DNA of 60,893 nucleotides, filler included. It is 3 parts of 3 records of this genome, joined end to end, with 100 filler letters (N's around TTAATTAATTAA, not from the genome) between each part and the next. Parts side by side here need not be neighbours in the genome. Positions count along the whole stretch, not along the records: positions 1 to 24,305 come from SRR20825006_590; positions 24,406 to 42,258 come from SRR20825006_591; 1 more part is not named here. One strand, 5' to 3'. How positions within the stretch are numbered: position 1 is the first letter of the stretch; every line of letters begins with the position of its first letter. A program made the translations under genes and the position numbers. Positions 17,766 through 27,310 of the stretch are shown here, in pieces. The notes below the pieces were generated by a model. That model was given only the letters and a program-made list of their open reading frames with translations. It had not been told where the DNA came from and ran no database searches.

Positions 17766-18530
17766 TCAGCCTAGGGTTAAGCCGCCATCGACATGCACGG
17801 TCGCGCCGGTGATCTGACTGGCCTCTGAGGACAGCAAGAAGGCGATGGTTGCAGCGATGTCGGTGGGTTCGGTGAGCCGCCCGGTGGGGGTGGCGGCCAT
17901 GGCGGCAGACAGAGTGTCTGTTGACACCGCGAGATGGCCACCGCCCTGTTTGCGGGTGAAGCCCGGTACCACCGCATTCACTGTTGTGCCTGAGGGCGCA
18001 AGTTGCAGCGCAAGGGCGGCAACCAAGGCCTCTAGGGCGGCTTTGGCGGCGGAGGTTGTGGGAAAGCTTGTGCCCGCTTTGCCGTGAACATGGGCGACGA
18101 AAGAGCTGATGGCGACCACGCGACCGCAGGGCGAGCGTTCAAGATCGCTTAGGGCTTCTGACACCAAAAGCGCAAATGCGCCGGGCATCATCGCAAAGTC
18201 GCGCATCAAATCATCATGGGTGAAGCTGCCGAAAGGGGCCTTTGAAGCCTTTCCAGCGTTGCTGACGATCTGGTCGATCTGGCCGAACGCGGATTGAGCC
18301 GAGGCGATCAAGCGGCTGCATGTGGCAGGATCAGCAAGGTCGCCGAGTTCCAAAACCACGTCTGAACCCGCCGCGCGGCAGTCTTGGGCGACCGCGTCAA
18401 GAGCGTCGGCGTTTTTGCCCGTGTGAAGCAGAAGGGCGGTGTCAGGAGCGGCAGAGCGCCGGGCGATGGCTGCGCCGATGCCGCTCGCAGCGCCGGTGAT
18501 TAGGAGGGTGCGTTTCATTGGGTCAGTCAT
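17766..18530 (-). CDS. Atypical SDR family oxidoreductase lacking the catalytic Tyr
   Basis: ITGAASGIG, SNAG, VNAVVPG, HVDGG; the YxxxK position reads TSAAK. Start uncertain. Confidence 0.85.
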   Translation of the reverse strand: MTDPMKRTLLITGAASGIGAAIARRSAAPDTALLLHTGKNADALDAVAQDCRAAGSDVVLELGDLADPATCSRLIASAQSAFGQIDQIVSNAGKASKAPFGSFTHDDLMRDFAMMPGAFALLVSEALSDLERSPCGRVVAISSFVAHVHGKAGTSFPTTSAAKAALEALVAALALQLAPSGTTVNAVVPGFTRKQGGGHLAVSTDTLSAAMAATPTGRLTEPTDIAATIAFLLSSEASQITGATVHVDGGLTLG

Positions 18531-18693
18531 GTCTTTCGTTGCGCGTGTCCGCCGCAATCTTTCGGTCAGCCGCCTTGAAAGCGCCGCGCCGAACGCGTCG
18601 GGCGGGGCAGTCATATGGGATCTGTCAGTCGCAGTGCGGCACTTTGTGCGGCGTATTTTGGAGCTTGAGGGGTGGGAATGCCTAAACTCAATT

Positions 18694-18714
18694 TTTTGTA
18701 TATGGTATACTAAA
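18694..18714. promoter_or_regulatory. Candidate GntR-type operator palindrome
   Basis: TTTTGTATA-TGG-TATACTAAA in the AT-rich divergent intergenic region. Confidence 0.45.
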
Positions 18715-19151
18715 TTGACTGACAAGTGATTTTCAGACTACCGAGTTGTTTGGTCGGAAAATGCACACTATCTAACGCTACGTCATGCGGCATGCCTTTA
18801 TTTTTAACGTAAGTAGCGTCTCTAGGCGGCTGAATCCGTGCGGGGCATCGTTTGGTGAAACGCTCTCTTCCGATTCTGCTGCACTGCAATATTGGATACA
18901 GATTTTGGGATTTTCCGCGCTCACGCCCCGCGTTTCGTATTCTGTTTCGCGTGTTTGACGCCTGAGGTGTGGTGATTTTGCATAATAATTGTGCGAAAGT
19001 TGAAAGCTGCCGTCCCCTGGCCTTTTTGTTGTCACGAAGTCGTTGACAGTTTTTTCGACTGCTTCCTAGGCTGGGTCAGGGAATGTCGGGACTCGTCAAA
19101 AAAACACCTGAGCCAATCAGGCCATGACCTCCTTAGCCAACGGGAAAAAAG

Positions 19152-20651
19152 ATGAACGCACTTACACGCACCGCTTTCCGGGCCACGCTTTCGCGTGCGC
19201 TCTTATCCTCGCTCTTTCTAAGCGCCGCCGTCCCGCTCTATGCCGCCGGACTGACCATTGCCATCGGGTCTGAGCCGACCACCCTCGACCCGCAACAGCG
19301 CGACGACGGGGCGGAGCGGGCCATCACCGACAATATTTTTGAAACGCTGTTGGAGCGCACCCCTGATGGCGTGCTCATCCCTGGCCTTGCCGCAGAGATG
19401 CCGACACAGGTCGATGCGCTGACCTGGGAATTCAAGCTGAAGCCCGATGTCAGTTTTACCAACGGCGAGCCGTTCAATGCCGATGCCGTTGTCACCTCTG
19501 TCCTGCGGATCATCAACCCGGATTACAATTCGGAACAAATGGCCTATCTGGGCACGATTGAAAGCGCCACAAAAGTGGACGATCTGACCGTGCATATCAC
19601 CACCAAATCCCCCGACCCGGTGCTGCCGGCGCGGATGTATTGGATGAAAATGGTTCCGGCGAGTTATTCCGCAGATCCCGAATTTGGCATGAAGCCCATC
19701 GGCACGGGTCCTTATGAGATCTCCGGTTGGGAGCGTGGTGAAAGCATCACGTTGGTGCGCAATGACGCCTATTGGGGCGATGTGCCGGAGATCGACGATG
19801 TCACCTATCGCTTTGTTAGCGAGCCGGGCACGCGCCTGTCGGGGTTGATGGCCGGGGAGTTGGACGTGATCCGCAACCTCTACCCCGAATTTGCCGCAGC
19901 CGTGCCAAAAGCGATCACCGCGCAGGGGCTTGAGACCTCGACGCTGGTGCTGTCCACGGCCAATCCGGTGATGCAGGACCCGAAAGTGCGCAAGGCGATG
20001 AACCTTGCGATTGACCGTGCGGCTTTGGCCGAGGCCTTGTTTGTCGGCAATGCACAGCCGGTCAAAGGCCAGCTTGTGAACCCGAAAAGTTTTGGCTTTA
20101 ACACCAGCTTGCCCGCCTACAGCTATGATCCAGAGCAAGCCAAGGCGCTGATCGAAGAGGCGGGGGCCACGGGTAAAAAGATCACCCTCGTCGGGGAATC
20201 TGGCCGGTGGTTGAAAGACCGCGAGTTGATCGAGGCCGTGGGGTCGTATTGGTCGGAAATCGGTCTGGATGTGGACATACGCATCGAGGAATTCGGCGAA
20301 TACCTCAATCAGCTCTTTGATAAGAACAGCCGTCCTGACGCAATTTTTGTGACCAATTCCGACGAGTTGCTTGATGCGGACCGTCCGCTGACCGCAGCTT
20401 TGGAATTTGGCGCAAGCTATGCCTCCAACGTCGATGAAGAGATGGCCGCCGCCATTCAGGCTGCCCGTTCCGAGACCGATGTCGAGGCCCGCGCCGCGCT
20501 GTATGACGAGATCACGCAAAAGGCCTATGATCTTGACTACTTGGCACCGCTGCTCAATCAAGAAGACGTTTATGGTCTCAGCGAGCGGTTGAATTGGACG
20601 CCCCGCATCGACGCCAAACTTTTGGTCAAGGAAATGTCCGTGATCGAGTGA
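19152..20651 (+). CDS. Peptide/opine/nickel ABC transporter substrate-binding protein (family 5, DppA-like)
   Basis: Signal peptide; EPTTLDPQ, PGLA, WEFKLKPDVSFTNGEPFNADAV, PIGTGPY. Confidence 0.93.
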   Translation: MNALTRTAFRATLSRALLSSLFLSAAVPLYAAGLTIAIGSEPTTLDPQQRDDGAERAITDNIFETLLERTPDGVLIPGLAAEMPTQVDALTWEFKLKPDVSFTNGEPFNADAVVTSVLRIINPDYNSEQMAYLGTIESATKVDDLTVHITTKSPDPVLPARMYWMKMVPASYSADPEFGMKPIGTGPYEISGWERGESITLVRNDAYWGDVPEIDDVTYRFVSEPGTRLSGLMAGELDVIRNLYPEFAAAVPKAITAQGLETSTLVLSTANPVMQDPKVRKAMNLAIDRAALAEALFVGNAQPVKGQLVNPKSFGFNTSLPAYSYDPEQAKALIEEAGATGKKITLVGESGRWLKDRELIEAVGSYWSEIGLDVDIRIEEFGEYLNQLFDKNSRPDAIFVTNSDELLDADRPLTAALEFGASYASNVDEEMAAAIQAARSETDVEARAALYDEITQKAYDLDYLAPLLNQEDVYGLSERLNWTPRIDAKLLVKEMSVIE

Positions 20652-20676
20652 TCGGTCGATATTTTCCAACCTCACA

Positions 20677-20705
20677 GGCAGAGCGGACCATAGGTCGGCT
20701 CTGCC
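20677..20705 (+). terminator. Intercistronic stem-loop after the SBP gene (mRNA stabiliser or attenuator)
   Basis: GGCAGAGCGGACC-ATA-GGTCGGCTCTGCC. Confidence 0.5.
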
Positions 20706-20735
20706 CCTCGCAATTTTCAGGAATGGAGCGGACTC

Positions 20736-21656
20736 ATGGGGACGTTCATATTAAGGCGATCTCTTCAGGGATTCCTTGTGGTGCTTGGCGTAACGATTGT
20801 GGTGTTTGTCGCAACCCGAATGATTGGCGATCCGGCGCAAGTGATGTTGCCGCTGTCGGCCACGGATGCACAACGCGCCGCGTTTGAGCAACAATTCGGG
20901 CTGGATCGCCCGCTGGATGCGCAGTTCATCAGTTTTGTTGGCGATCTAATGCGGTTTGATTTTGGCGAAAGCCTGTGGCAGCGCCGCGCGGCGCTTGAGG
21001 TGGTGCTTGAAAAACTGCCCAAAACCCTCGAACTGATCGGGGTGGGGCTGTTGCTGGCGACGGTGGTTGGTATTCCGCTTGGCGCTTTGGCGGCCGTGCG
21101 CCCGGATGGTCTGTTTGACCGTGTCGTTGTCGGGCTGAGCCTGACGGGGCTGTCCGTGCCGCAATTCTGGCTTGGGCTTTTGCTGATCATGGTGTTCGCG
21201 GTGGGGCTTGGTTGGGTGCCGACCTTTGGCTCCGGCTCACTCGCCCATATGATCCTTCCGGCGATCACGTTGGCGGTACCCTCAATGGCGCGGATCATGA
21301 TGCTGGTGCGCTCCTCGGTGATCAACGAGTTGAACCAACAATATGTACGCACCGCAAAAGCGCGCGGAATGCCGTTTGGCCGGGTGCTGTTTCAACACGC
21401 CATGCGCAACGCGCTTGTGCCGGTTTTAACGCTCGTCGGCTGGGAAGTGATCAGCGCATGGGCGGGTTACACGGTGGTGGTCGAGACGGTTTTTGCCTGG
21501 CCTGGCCTTGGCTTCACCGCGATGAAGGCGATCAACCACAGCGATCTGTTCTTACTGCAAGCCATCGTTTTTGTCGTCGCTGTCGGCATCGTCTTGGTCA
21601 ATATTGGGCTCGATGTGCTGTTTAAACTGATCGACCCACGGATCAAGGAGGCTTGA
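20736..21656 (+). CDS. Peptide ABC permease (DppB-like)
   Basis: GDPAQVML, SVPQFWLG, YVRTAKARG, HAMRNAL, VETVFAWPGLG, IDPRI. Confidence 0.93.
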   Translation: MGTFILRRSLQGFLVVLGVTIVVFVATRMIGDPAQVMLPLSATDAQRAAFEQQFGLDRPLDAQFISFVGDLMRFDFGESLWQRRAALEVVLEKLPKTLELIGVGLLLATVVGIPLGALAAVRPDGLFDRVVVGLSLTGLSVPQFWLGLLLIMVFAVGLGWVPTFGSGSLAHMILPAITLAVPSMARIMMLVRSSVINELNQQYVRTAKARGMPFGRVLFQHAMRNALVPVLTLVGWEVISAWAGYTVVVETVFAWPGLGFTAMKAINHSDLFLLQAIVFVVAVGIVLVNIGLDVLFKLIDPRIKEA

Positions 21657-21659
21657 CCC

Positions 21660-22640
21660 ATGACAATCACCTCATCCTCGATGTCTGACCGTTCCACGAC
21701 ACCCTCCATGATACAAGGGGCTCTCATGTCAGTCGCACCCCTCGGGCGCTTTCTCAAAGAGCTGTGGCGGGACAAGGCGGGCTTTACCGGCTTTGCCTTT
21801 CTCGTCCTTTTGGTGCTCGCCGCCCTGTTTGCGCCTCTGCTGGCACCCCATGATCCGGCGGCGCAATCGGTGTTGGCCCGGCTCAAACCGCCGATTTGGA
21901 TGGAGGGCAGCGTCAGCGGCCATTTGCTTGGCACCGACATGCTGGGCCGCGACATTCTTTCTCGGCTCTTGTTTGGCGCGCGCTCGTCCTTGTTGGTCTC
22001 CGTGTCCGTTGTGGCGCTGGCCGGGTCTTTCGGCGTCATGGCCGGGCTTTTGGCGGGGTACAAAGGCGGGTTGACCGATGCGTTGATCATGCGGGTCGTC
22101 GATGTTCAGGTCGCCTTTCCGGGCCTGCTTTTGACCCTGCTTTTGGTCGCCGTGATCGGGCCATCCACCGCGACGATCATCATCGTTTTGACCTTTTCCA
22201 ACTGGATGATCTACACCCGCGTCGTGCGTGGGATCGTGATGTCGCTGCGCCAAACGCCCTTTGTCGAAGCGGCAGAGGTCGTTGGTTGCAAAAGCGCGCG
22301 GATTATCCTCAAACACATCCTGCCAAACTTGATTTCGCCGCTCCTCACGCTGGCGATCCTTGAGTTCACCAACATTATTTTGGCCGAAGCGGCGCTCTCA
22401 TTTCTGGGTCTCGGGGTGCAACCCCCGGCGACAAGTTGGGGCCTCGATGTAGCGGGTGGCAAAAACTACATGATGATCGCGTGGTGGCCGATCACCTTCC
22501 CGGGGCTTTGCATCGCGATGACGGTGCTTTCAATCAACCTTTTCGCCAACTGGCTGCGCGTCACGACGGAACCTGCCGAACGTGAAAAACGCTACGCCCG
22601 TGGCCGTGCCGCCAAAATGCGGCGCGCAAAAAAGACCTGA
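21660..22640 (+). CDS. Peptide ABC permease (DppC-like)
   Basis: HLLGTDMLGRDILSR, FVEAA, HILPN, EAALSFLGLG. Confidence 0.93.
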   Translation: MTITSSSMSDRSTTPSMIQGALMSVAPLGRFLKELWRDKAGFTGFAFLVLLVLAALFAPLLAPHDPAAQSVLARLKPPIWMEGSVSGHLLGTDMLGRDILSRLLFGARSSLLVSVSVVALAGSFGVMAGLLAGYKGGLTDALIMRVVDVQVAFPGLLLTLLLVAVIGPSTATIIIVLTFSNWMIYTRVVRGIVMSLRQTPFVEAAEVVGCKSARIILKHILPNLISPLLTLAILEFTNIILAEAALSFLGLGVQPPATSWGLDVAGGKNYMMIAWWPITFPGLCIAMTVLSINLFANWLRVTTEPAEREKRYARGRAAKMRRAKKT

Positions 22641-22668
22641 CATCAGATCAGATCGGAAAGTGAAAAAA

Positions 22669-23694
22669 ATGGCATACGCACAACCCACTCCCATCCTGGA
22701 AGTCCGCGATCTTCATGTGGAATTCGATACAATGTCGGGTCTCGTTCAGGGCCTGCGCGGGGTTTCTTTTTCGGTCATGCCGGGGGAAACTTTGGCGCTG
22801 GTCGGTGAAAGTGGCTCCGGCAAAAGCGTGACGGCGCAGGCTGTCATGGGGCTTATTGGCCTGCCGGGATCTATCGTCTCGGGGGATATTCTTTGGAAAG
22901 GCCAGTCGCTTTTGACGCCGGAAGGGCAAAAAAAGGCGGCCAGTTTACGCGGCAAGTCCCTGTCGATGGTGTTCCAGGATCCGATGACCTCGCTCAACCC
23001 GCTGATGACCATCGGCGCGCATCTGGTTGAGGTATTGCGGCGGCATATGAAGCTCTCGAAACCCCAAGCCTTTGCGCGCGGGGTAGAGTTGCTGGAGGCC
23101 GTTGGCATCACCGAACCGCGCCGCCGTATGGCGCAATATCCGCATGAGTTTTCCGGCGGGATGCGCCAGCGCGTGATGATCGCTCTGGCCATCGCCTGTG
23201 AGCCGGAGCTTTTGATCGCGGACGAACCGACCACCGCGCTTGATGTGACCATTCAGGCGCAAGTGCTTGATCTTTTGGCCGATTTGCAAAAATCCATGGG
23301 GCTGTCCATTGTTTTGATCACTCATGATCTTGGCATCGTGGCCGGGCTATGTGAGCGGGTAGCGGTGATGTATGCGGGCTCGATTGTCGAGGCGGGCAGT
23401 GCGGCCACCGTGTTTGAGCAGGCCGAACATCCTTACACCCAAGGCCTCATTCGCTCGACCCCGCGTCTGGACGATCGTCGTGATCGGCTCGTGTCCATCG
23501 AGGGCGCGCCGCCGAGCCTGTTGCACCCGCCAAAAGGCTGCGCGTTTCAGTCGCGTTGTCCGGTCGCGTCACGCCAATGCGACACCAAACCCGCCCGGCA
23601 AGAAACGCCAGCGGGCGGGTCGGTGTCCTGTTGGACGCCCTCACTTCCGGCTTGGGCAGATGTGGCGAAAACCACGGAGGTCCATGCCCGATGA
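22669..23694 (+). CDS. Peptide ABC ATPase (DppD-like)
   Basis: GESGSGKS, FQDPMTSLNP, YPHEFSGGMRQR, ADEPTTALD, HPYT, C-terminal Cys cluster. Confidence 0.94.
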   Translation: MAYAQPTPILEVRDLHVEFDTMSGLVQGLRGVSFSVMPGETLALVGESGSGKSVTAQAVMGLIGLPGSIVSGDILWKGQSLLTPEGQKKAASLRGKSLSMVFQDPMTSLNPLMTIGAHLVEVLRRHMKLSKPQAFARGVELLEAVGITEPRRRMAQYPHEFSGGMRQRVMIALAIACEPELLIADEPTTALDVTIQAQVLDLLADLQKSMGLSIVLITHDLGIVAGLCERVAVMYAGSIVEAGSAATVFEQAEHPYTQGLIRSTPRLDDRRDRLVSIEGAPPSLLHPPKGCAFQSRCPVASRQCDTKPARQETPAGGSVSCWTPSLPAWADVAKTTEVHAR

Positions 23695-24305
23695 CCGATT
23701 TATCCAACCGATTCAACCCCGCCCAACCTGTGCCATCCGAGCCGCCGATTTTATCGGTGCGCGGGCTGTGCGTGACCTTCGATGGTCCACGCGAAGGCCT
23801 TTGGGGGCCACCGAAAAAGGTCCAGGCGCTCGACAATATCACCTTTGATTTGGCGCGTGGAAAGACGCTTGGCCTTGTCGGCGAGTCCGGTTCCGGCAAG
23901 TCCACGCTGGGCCGTGCGATCATGCGCCGCCTGCCCTTGTCGAACGGGCGGGTGTTTTTTGAGGGCAAGGATATCACGGCCGTCAAAGGTGAGGCGCTGC
24001 GGCGTCTGACCCGCAACATTCAGCTCATTTTCCAAGACCCTTACACCAGCCTCAATCCGCGGATGACGGTGCTTGAACTCATTGCTGAACCTCTGTTGGT
24101 GCATGGTCTGGTGTCCTCCATCGACGAGGCGCGCGATCAGGTGGTCGAGCTGTTGCGCTTGGTGAACCTGCCCGTGGAGACCATCGACCGGTTTCCGCAC
24201 AGTTTTTCCGGTGGCCAACGGCAACGCATCGGCATCGCGCGGGCACTGGCGCTCAAACCGCAGCTCATCATCGCCGACGAACCTGTCTCGGCGCTGGATG
24301 TGTCG
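23691..24305 (+). CDS. Peptide ABC ATPase (DppF-like), truncated at contig end
   Basis: GESGSGKST, FPHSFSGGQRQR, ADEPVSALDVS, then N run. Confidence 0.92.
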
Positions 24306-24405
24306 NNNNNNNNNNNNNNNNNNNNNNNNNNNNNNNNNNNNNNNNNNNNTTAATTAATTAANNNNNNNNNNNNNNNNNNNNNNNNNNNNNNNNNNNNNNN
24401 NNNNN
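24306..24405. other. Artificial contig linker
   Basis: N44-TTAATTAATTAA-N44; stops in all six frames; truncated genes on both sides. Confidence 0.98.
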
Positions 24406-24996
24406 GCGGCGCTTGTCGATGATCGCCAGATCGGCGTTCAGCGGCTTGGCCAGCGCGCGGGCGCGCACGACACCGCCGACATCGGGCGAAACGATGGTGA
24501 TTTGCTCGTCGCCGTAACGGTCCGTGATGTCCTTGTGGAAGACGGGGGCGGCGAACAGATTGTCCGTCGGGATATCGAAGAACCCCTGTATCTGGCCAGC
24601 ATGGAGATCCATGGTCAGCACCCGGTCAGCGCCGGCCGTGGTGATCAGATTGGCGACCAGCTTGGCGGATATCGGTGTGCGGGAACCTGATTTCCGGTCC
24701 TGACGGGCATAGCCGTAATAGGGAATGACCGCCGTGATGCGCCGTGCCGAGGCCCGCTTCAGTGCATCGAGCGTGACCAGCAGTTCCATCAGGTTGTCAT
24801 TCGCCGGATAGGAGGTTGGCTGGATGACGAAAACGTCTTCCCCGCGCACATTCTCCTGGATCTCGACGAACACTTCCATGTCCGAGAACCGGCGGACGTC
24901 GGCCTTCGTCAATGGCATGTTGAGGTAGGCGGCGATTGTTTCCGCCAGTGGCCTGTTACTGTTACAGGCCAGGATCTTCATACGAACGTCTGACAT
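24406..24996 (-). CDS. prs: Ribose-phosphate pyrophosphokinase (3' truncated)
   Basis: [46 protein letters not shown]. Confidence 0.97.
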
Positions 24997-25123
24997 TCGT
25001 GCCCTGTGATCTCGGTTGGGGAAGGAGCGGTGAAATCCTTATCTTGCTGTGCCGGATCTTCAAGAAATCAGCATCAGTAGAAGCGGGCGGAACATATCAG
25101 CGCGTGTTGAAAGCGCGCAAGGG

Positions 25124-26053
25124 TTATTGCCGCTTTGTGACAGGTTTCTCGCCTATTCTCTGGCGTCCATACGCGCGCAGCAGGGGCAGAAGGCCTTGCA
25201 TGGCGCCGTCAGCAATGAGTGGCGAGGCGGAAACCCAATTTTCTTCCATGCTGCCGGCGGACACCGCGTTCTGCTGGTCGATGACCCCGATTTCCCGGTC
25301 GGCGGGATCGATAAGGCGCCAGGAAATGGCAACGATATCGGTGTCCGCATTGATTGGTTTGATGTCGATCTTGCCTTTCAGGGACAGTGCGCCTTCCGGG
25401 ATGGTGCCGCTGTTTTCTATGGCCACGCCGCGGGCGCGGAGCTTGCGCAGCAGGGCCTGGCGCAGGATGGCGTTCCCGCTGCCGGACTTGCCTTCGATCA
25501 GATCGACATAAAGTCCGGGAAGATCGGCTGTGGCGAGCGTTTCTATCTGCGGGAGCAGCCAGGCCGCGATATCCGGTGCATTCTGGTTGGAGATGTCTTT
25601 GAAATGGGCGGCGTCAGGCGCTTCCCAGAACGCGGCGGGCGGAATCGAGGCGACGCGTTTCTCGCCGATGACCTTGCCGGACGGGTCGCTCAACTCCCAA
25701 TCGAGAATAAGTTCGGAGGGCTGTCCGACATGGAGTTGCTGATAGCCCTGGCCCTTGAGAACATAGCTGCGCTTGTTCCGGGCGCTGGCGCTGGCAATGA
25801 CATTGTGTTTGACCAGCGATTTCGAGAGCGCCGCCGCCATGGCTTCTCCAACCCAGCCCACAGGTCCCTCGATCGGCTCGACATAGATGCCGGCGGCTTC
25901 GGGGGCGAGAAGCAACTCGACGTCTGATTTCTGGTAAGGCTCACGGCTGAACGGGCGCGGTATTTCTCCGCAGCCGGTCAGGAAGAGCACCAGCAGGACC
26001 GGCAGGATGAGGCGGCGTGCGGAGAAGTCCCGGCACGGGGAACTGTCTTTCAT
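25124..26053 (-). CDS. Hypothetical lipoprotein with two internally similar domains
   Basis: Lipobox LTGC then GEIPRPF; repeated W-x-L-x-D-P-x-x-x-x-I-G motif (WELSDPSGKVIG / WRLIDPADREIG). Confidence 0.7.
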   Translation of the reverse strand: MKDSSPCRDFSARRLILPVLLVLFLTGCGEIPRPFSREPYQKSDVELLLAPEAAGIYVEPIEGPVGWVGEAMAAALSKSLVKHNVIASASARNKRSYVLKGQGYQQLHVGQPSELILDWELSDPSGKVIGEKRVASIPPAAFWEAPDAAHFKDISNQNAPDIAAWLLPQIETLATADLPGLYVDLIEGKSGSGNAILRQALLRKLRARGVAIENSGTIPEGALSLKGKIDIKPINADTDIVAISWRLIDPADREIGVIDQQNAVSAGSMEENWVSASPLIADGAMQGLLPLLRAYGRQRIGEKPVTKRQ

Positions 26054-26158
26054 GGTGCGGGACTTAAATCACCAGGACGCAACTGACAAGCAGCCCGAGG
26101 ACGGTCGCCGCGAACAGGATATGGAGATGAGGCATGTTTCGGCGTCTTCCCCGGAGTG

Positions 26159-27307
26159 TTATTTGCGAACAAGGTCGAGCGGCAGCCTGGAAAGCCGCTC
26201 GTTTCCATCGTCGGTGACAATGAAGGTCTCGCCGAGGGTCATGGCAAGATCCTTGTTGCTGTCCATCAGAATCATGTGTGCGAAGAACACCATGCCGGGA
26301 CGGATTTCAACAGGGTTGCCGTGATAGAACATCGGGAAGTCCATCCACATCGGAGCGAAGACGGCGCCGAGGGAGTAGCCGCAGGCATTCATCCGGGCAT
26401 GGCTGTAACCGCGCTGGTCCATGACGCCGGCATGCGCGTCGAACACCGAGCCGACGATATTACCGGGGCGTAGTGCCGCGCGGCAGGCCTCCAGTGCTTC
26501 AACGCAGGCGCCGTGCATGTCGTCATGCTCTGGCCTCGGTGCTCCGATGGGGAGCGTGCGCATCATGCAGGCATGGTAGTGCCGGTATGCCCCGGCAAAC
26601 TCCAAAGTCAGTTGATCCTCGGCCTCCAGCGTGCGGCGGCCGGTGAAGTAGCGGCACAGCAGGGCGTCGGAGCCGGAGCCGATGATGAATTCGTTGCCGG
26701 GATAATCTCCGCCGCCCTTGAAGACGGCGCCCTGCATGGCGGCGAGTATGTCTCCCTCGAAGGCGCCCGGGCCGGTCAACTCCTGTCCGGCTATGAGGGC
26801 GTCGTCTGCCAATTCGGCGGCACGCCGGACATAGGCCAGCTCCGCCGGTGACTTGACCACGCGCAGCTCGGAGACCAGCTCGGAACTGTCGATCAGTTTG
26901 CAGAAACCGTCCAGCTCCGCATTGATCGCCATGCCGTTCCGTGCGGTCAGACCGTAGGCCTCGTATTCAATGCCGAAGGTTTTTCCGGCGCCGCCAAACT
27001 CGCCCAGCATTGCTTTCAGCTCGCTTGCCGGTGTGGCGCCGTCCCGATCGACCCAGATCCGGATATCCTGGATCATGCTGGTGTTCTGCGCCTGCCGGAG
27101 ATCCGGCGCCCGGGTCATCAGGGCGAGACGCCCGTCCGCGCCGAGATAGAGGCACTGGAAGAAGCAGAAACCGAACGTGTCATACCCCGTGAGGTAGAAC
27201 ATGCTCTCCTGGCGGAACATCAGCAGGCCGTCGAGGCCGCGCCGCTGCATCAGATCTATGGTCCGCGCGCGGCGGTCCGCGAGCTCCTGCTCGGTGAAAT
27301 GCAGCAC
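26159..27307 (-). CDS. M24 / creatinase-fold hydrolase (Xaa-Pro peptidase family, metal ligands altered)
   Basis: Creatinase_N domain (MFYLTGY), LRVVKSPAEL, EFAGAYRHYHACMMRT, GYSLG. Confidence 0.85.
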   Translation of the reverse strand: MLHFTEQELADRRARTIDLMQRRGLDGLLMFRQESMFYLTGYDTFGFCFFQCLYLGADGRLALMTRAPDLRQAQNTSMIQDIRIWVDRDGATPASELKAMLGEFGGAGKTFGIEYEAYGLTARNGMAINAELDGFCKLIDSSELVSELRVVKSPAELAYVRRAAELADDALIAGQELTGPGAFEGDILAAMQGAVFKGGGDYPGNEFIIGSGSDALLCRYFTGRRTLEAEDQLTLEFAGAYRHYHACMMRTLPIGAPRPEHDDMHGACVEALEACRAALRPGNIVGSVFDAHAGVMDQRGYSHARMNACGYSLGAVFAPMWMDFPMFYHGNPVEIRPGMVFFAHMILMDSNKDLAMTLGETFIVTDDGNERLSRLPLDLVRK

Positions 27308-27310
27308 AGG

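Noticed and set aside
24350-24361. TTAATTAATTAA as a CtrA site or biological repeat (also 42303-42314)
   Set aside because: Flanked by exactly 44 Ns on each side; synthetic six-frame-stop linker
26159-27307. Calling the M24 protein DMSP lyase DddP or ectoine hydrolase DoeA
   Set aside because: It lacks the metal ligands DddP needs and has no ectoine-pathway context
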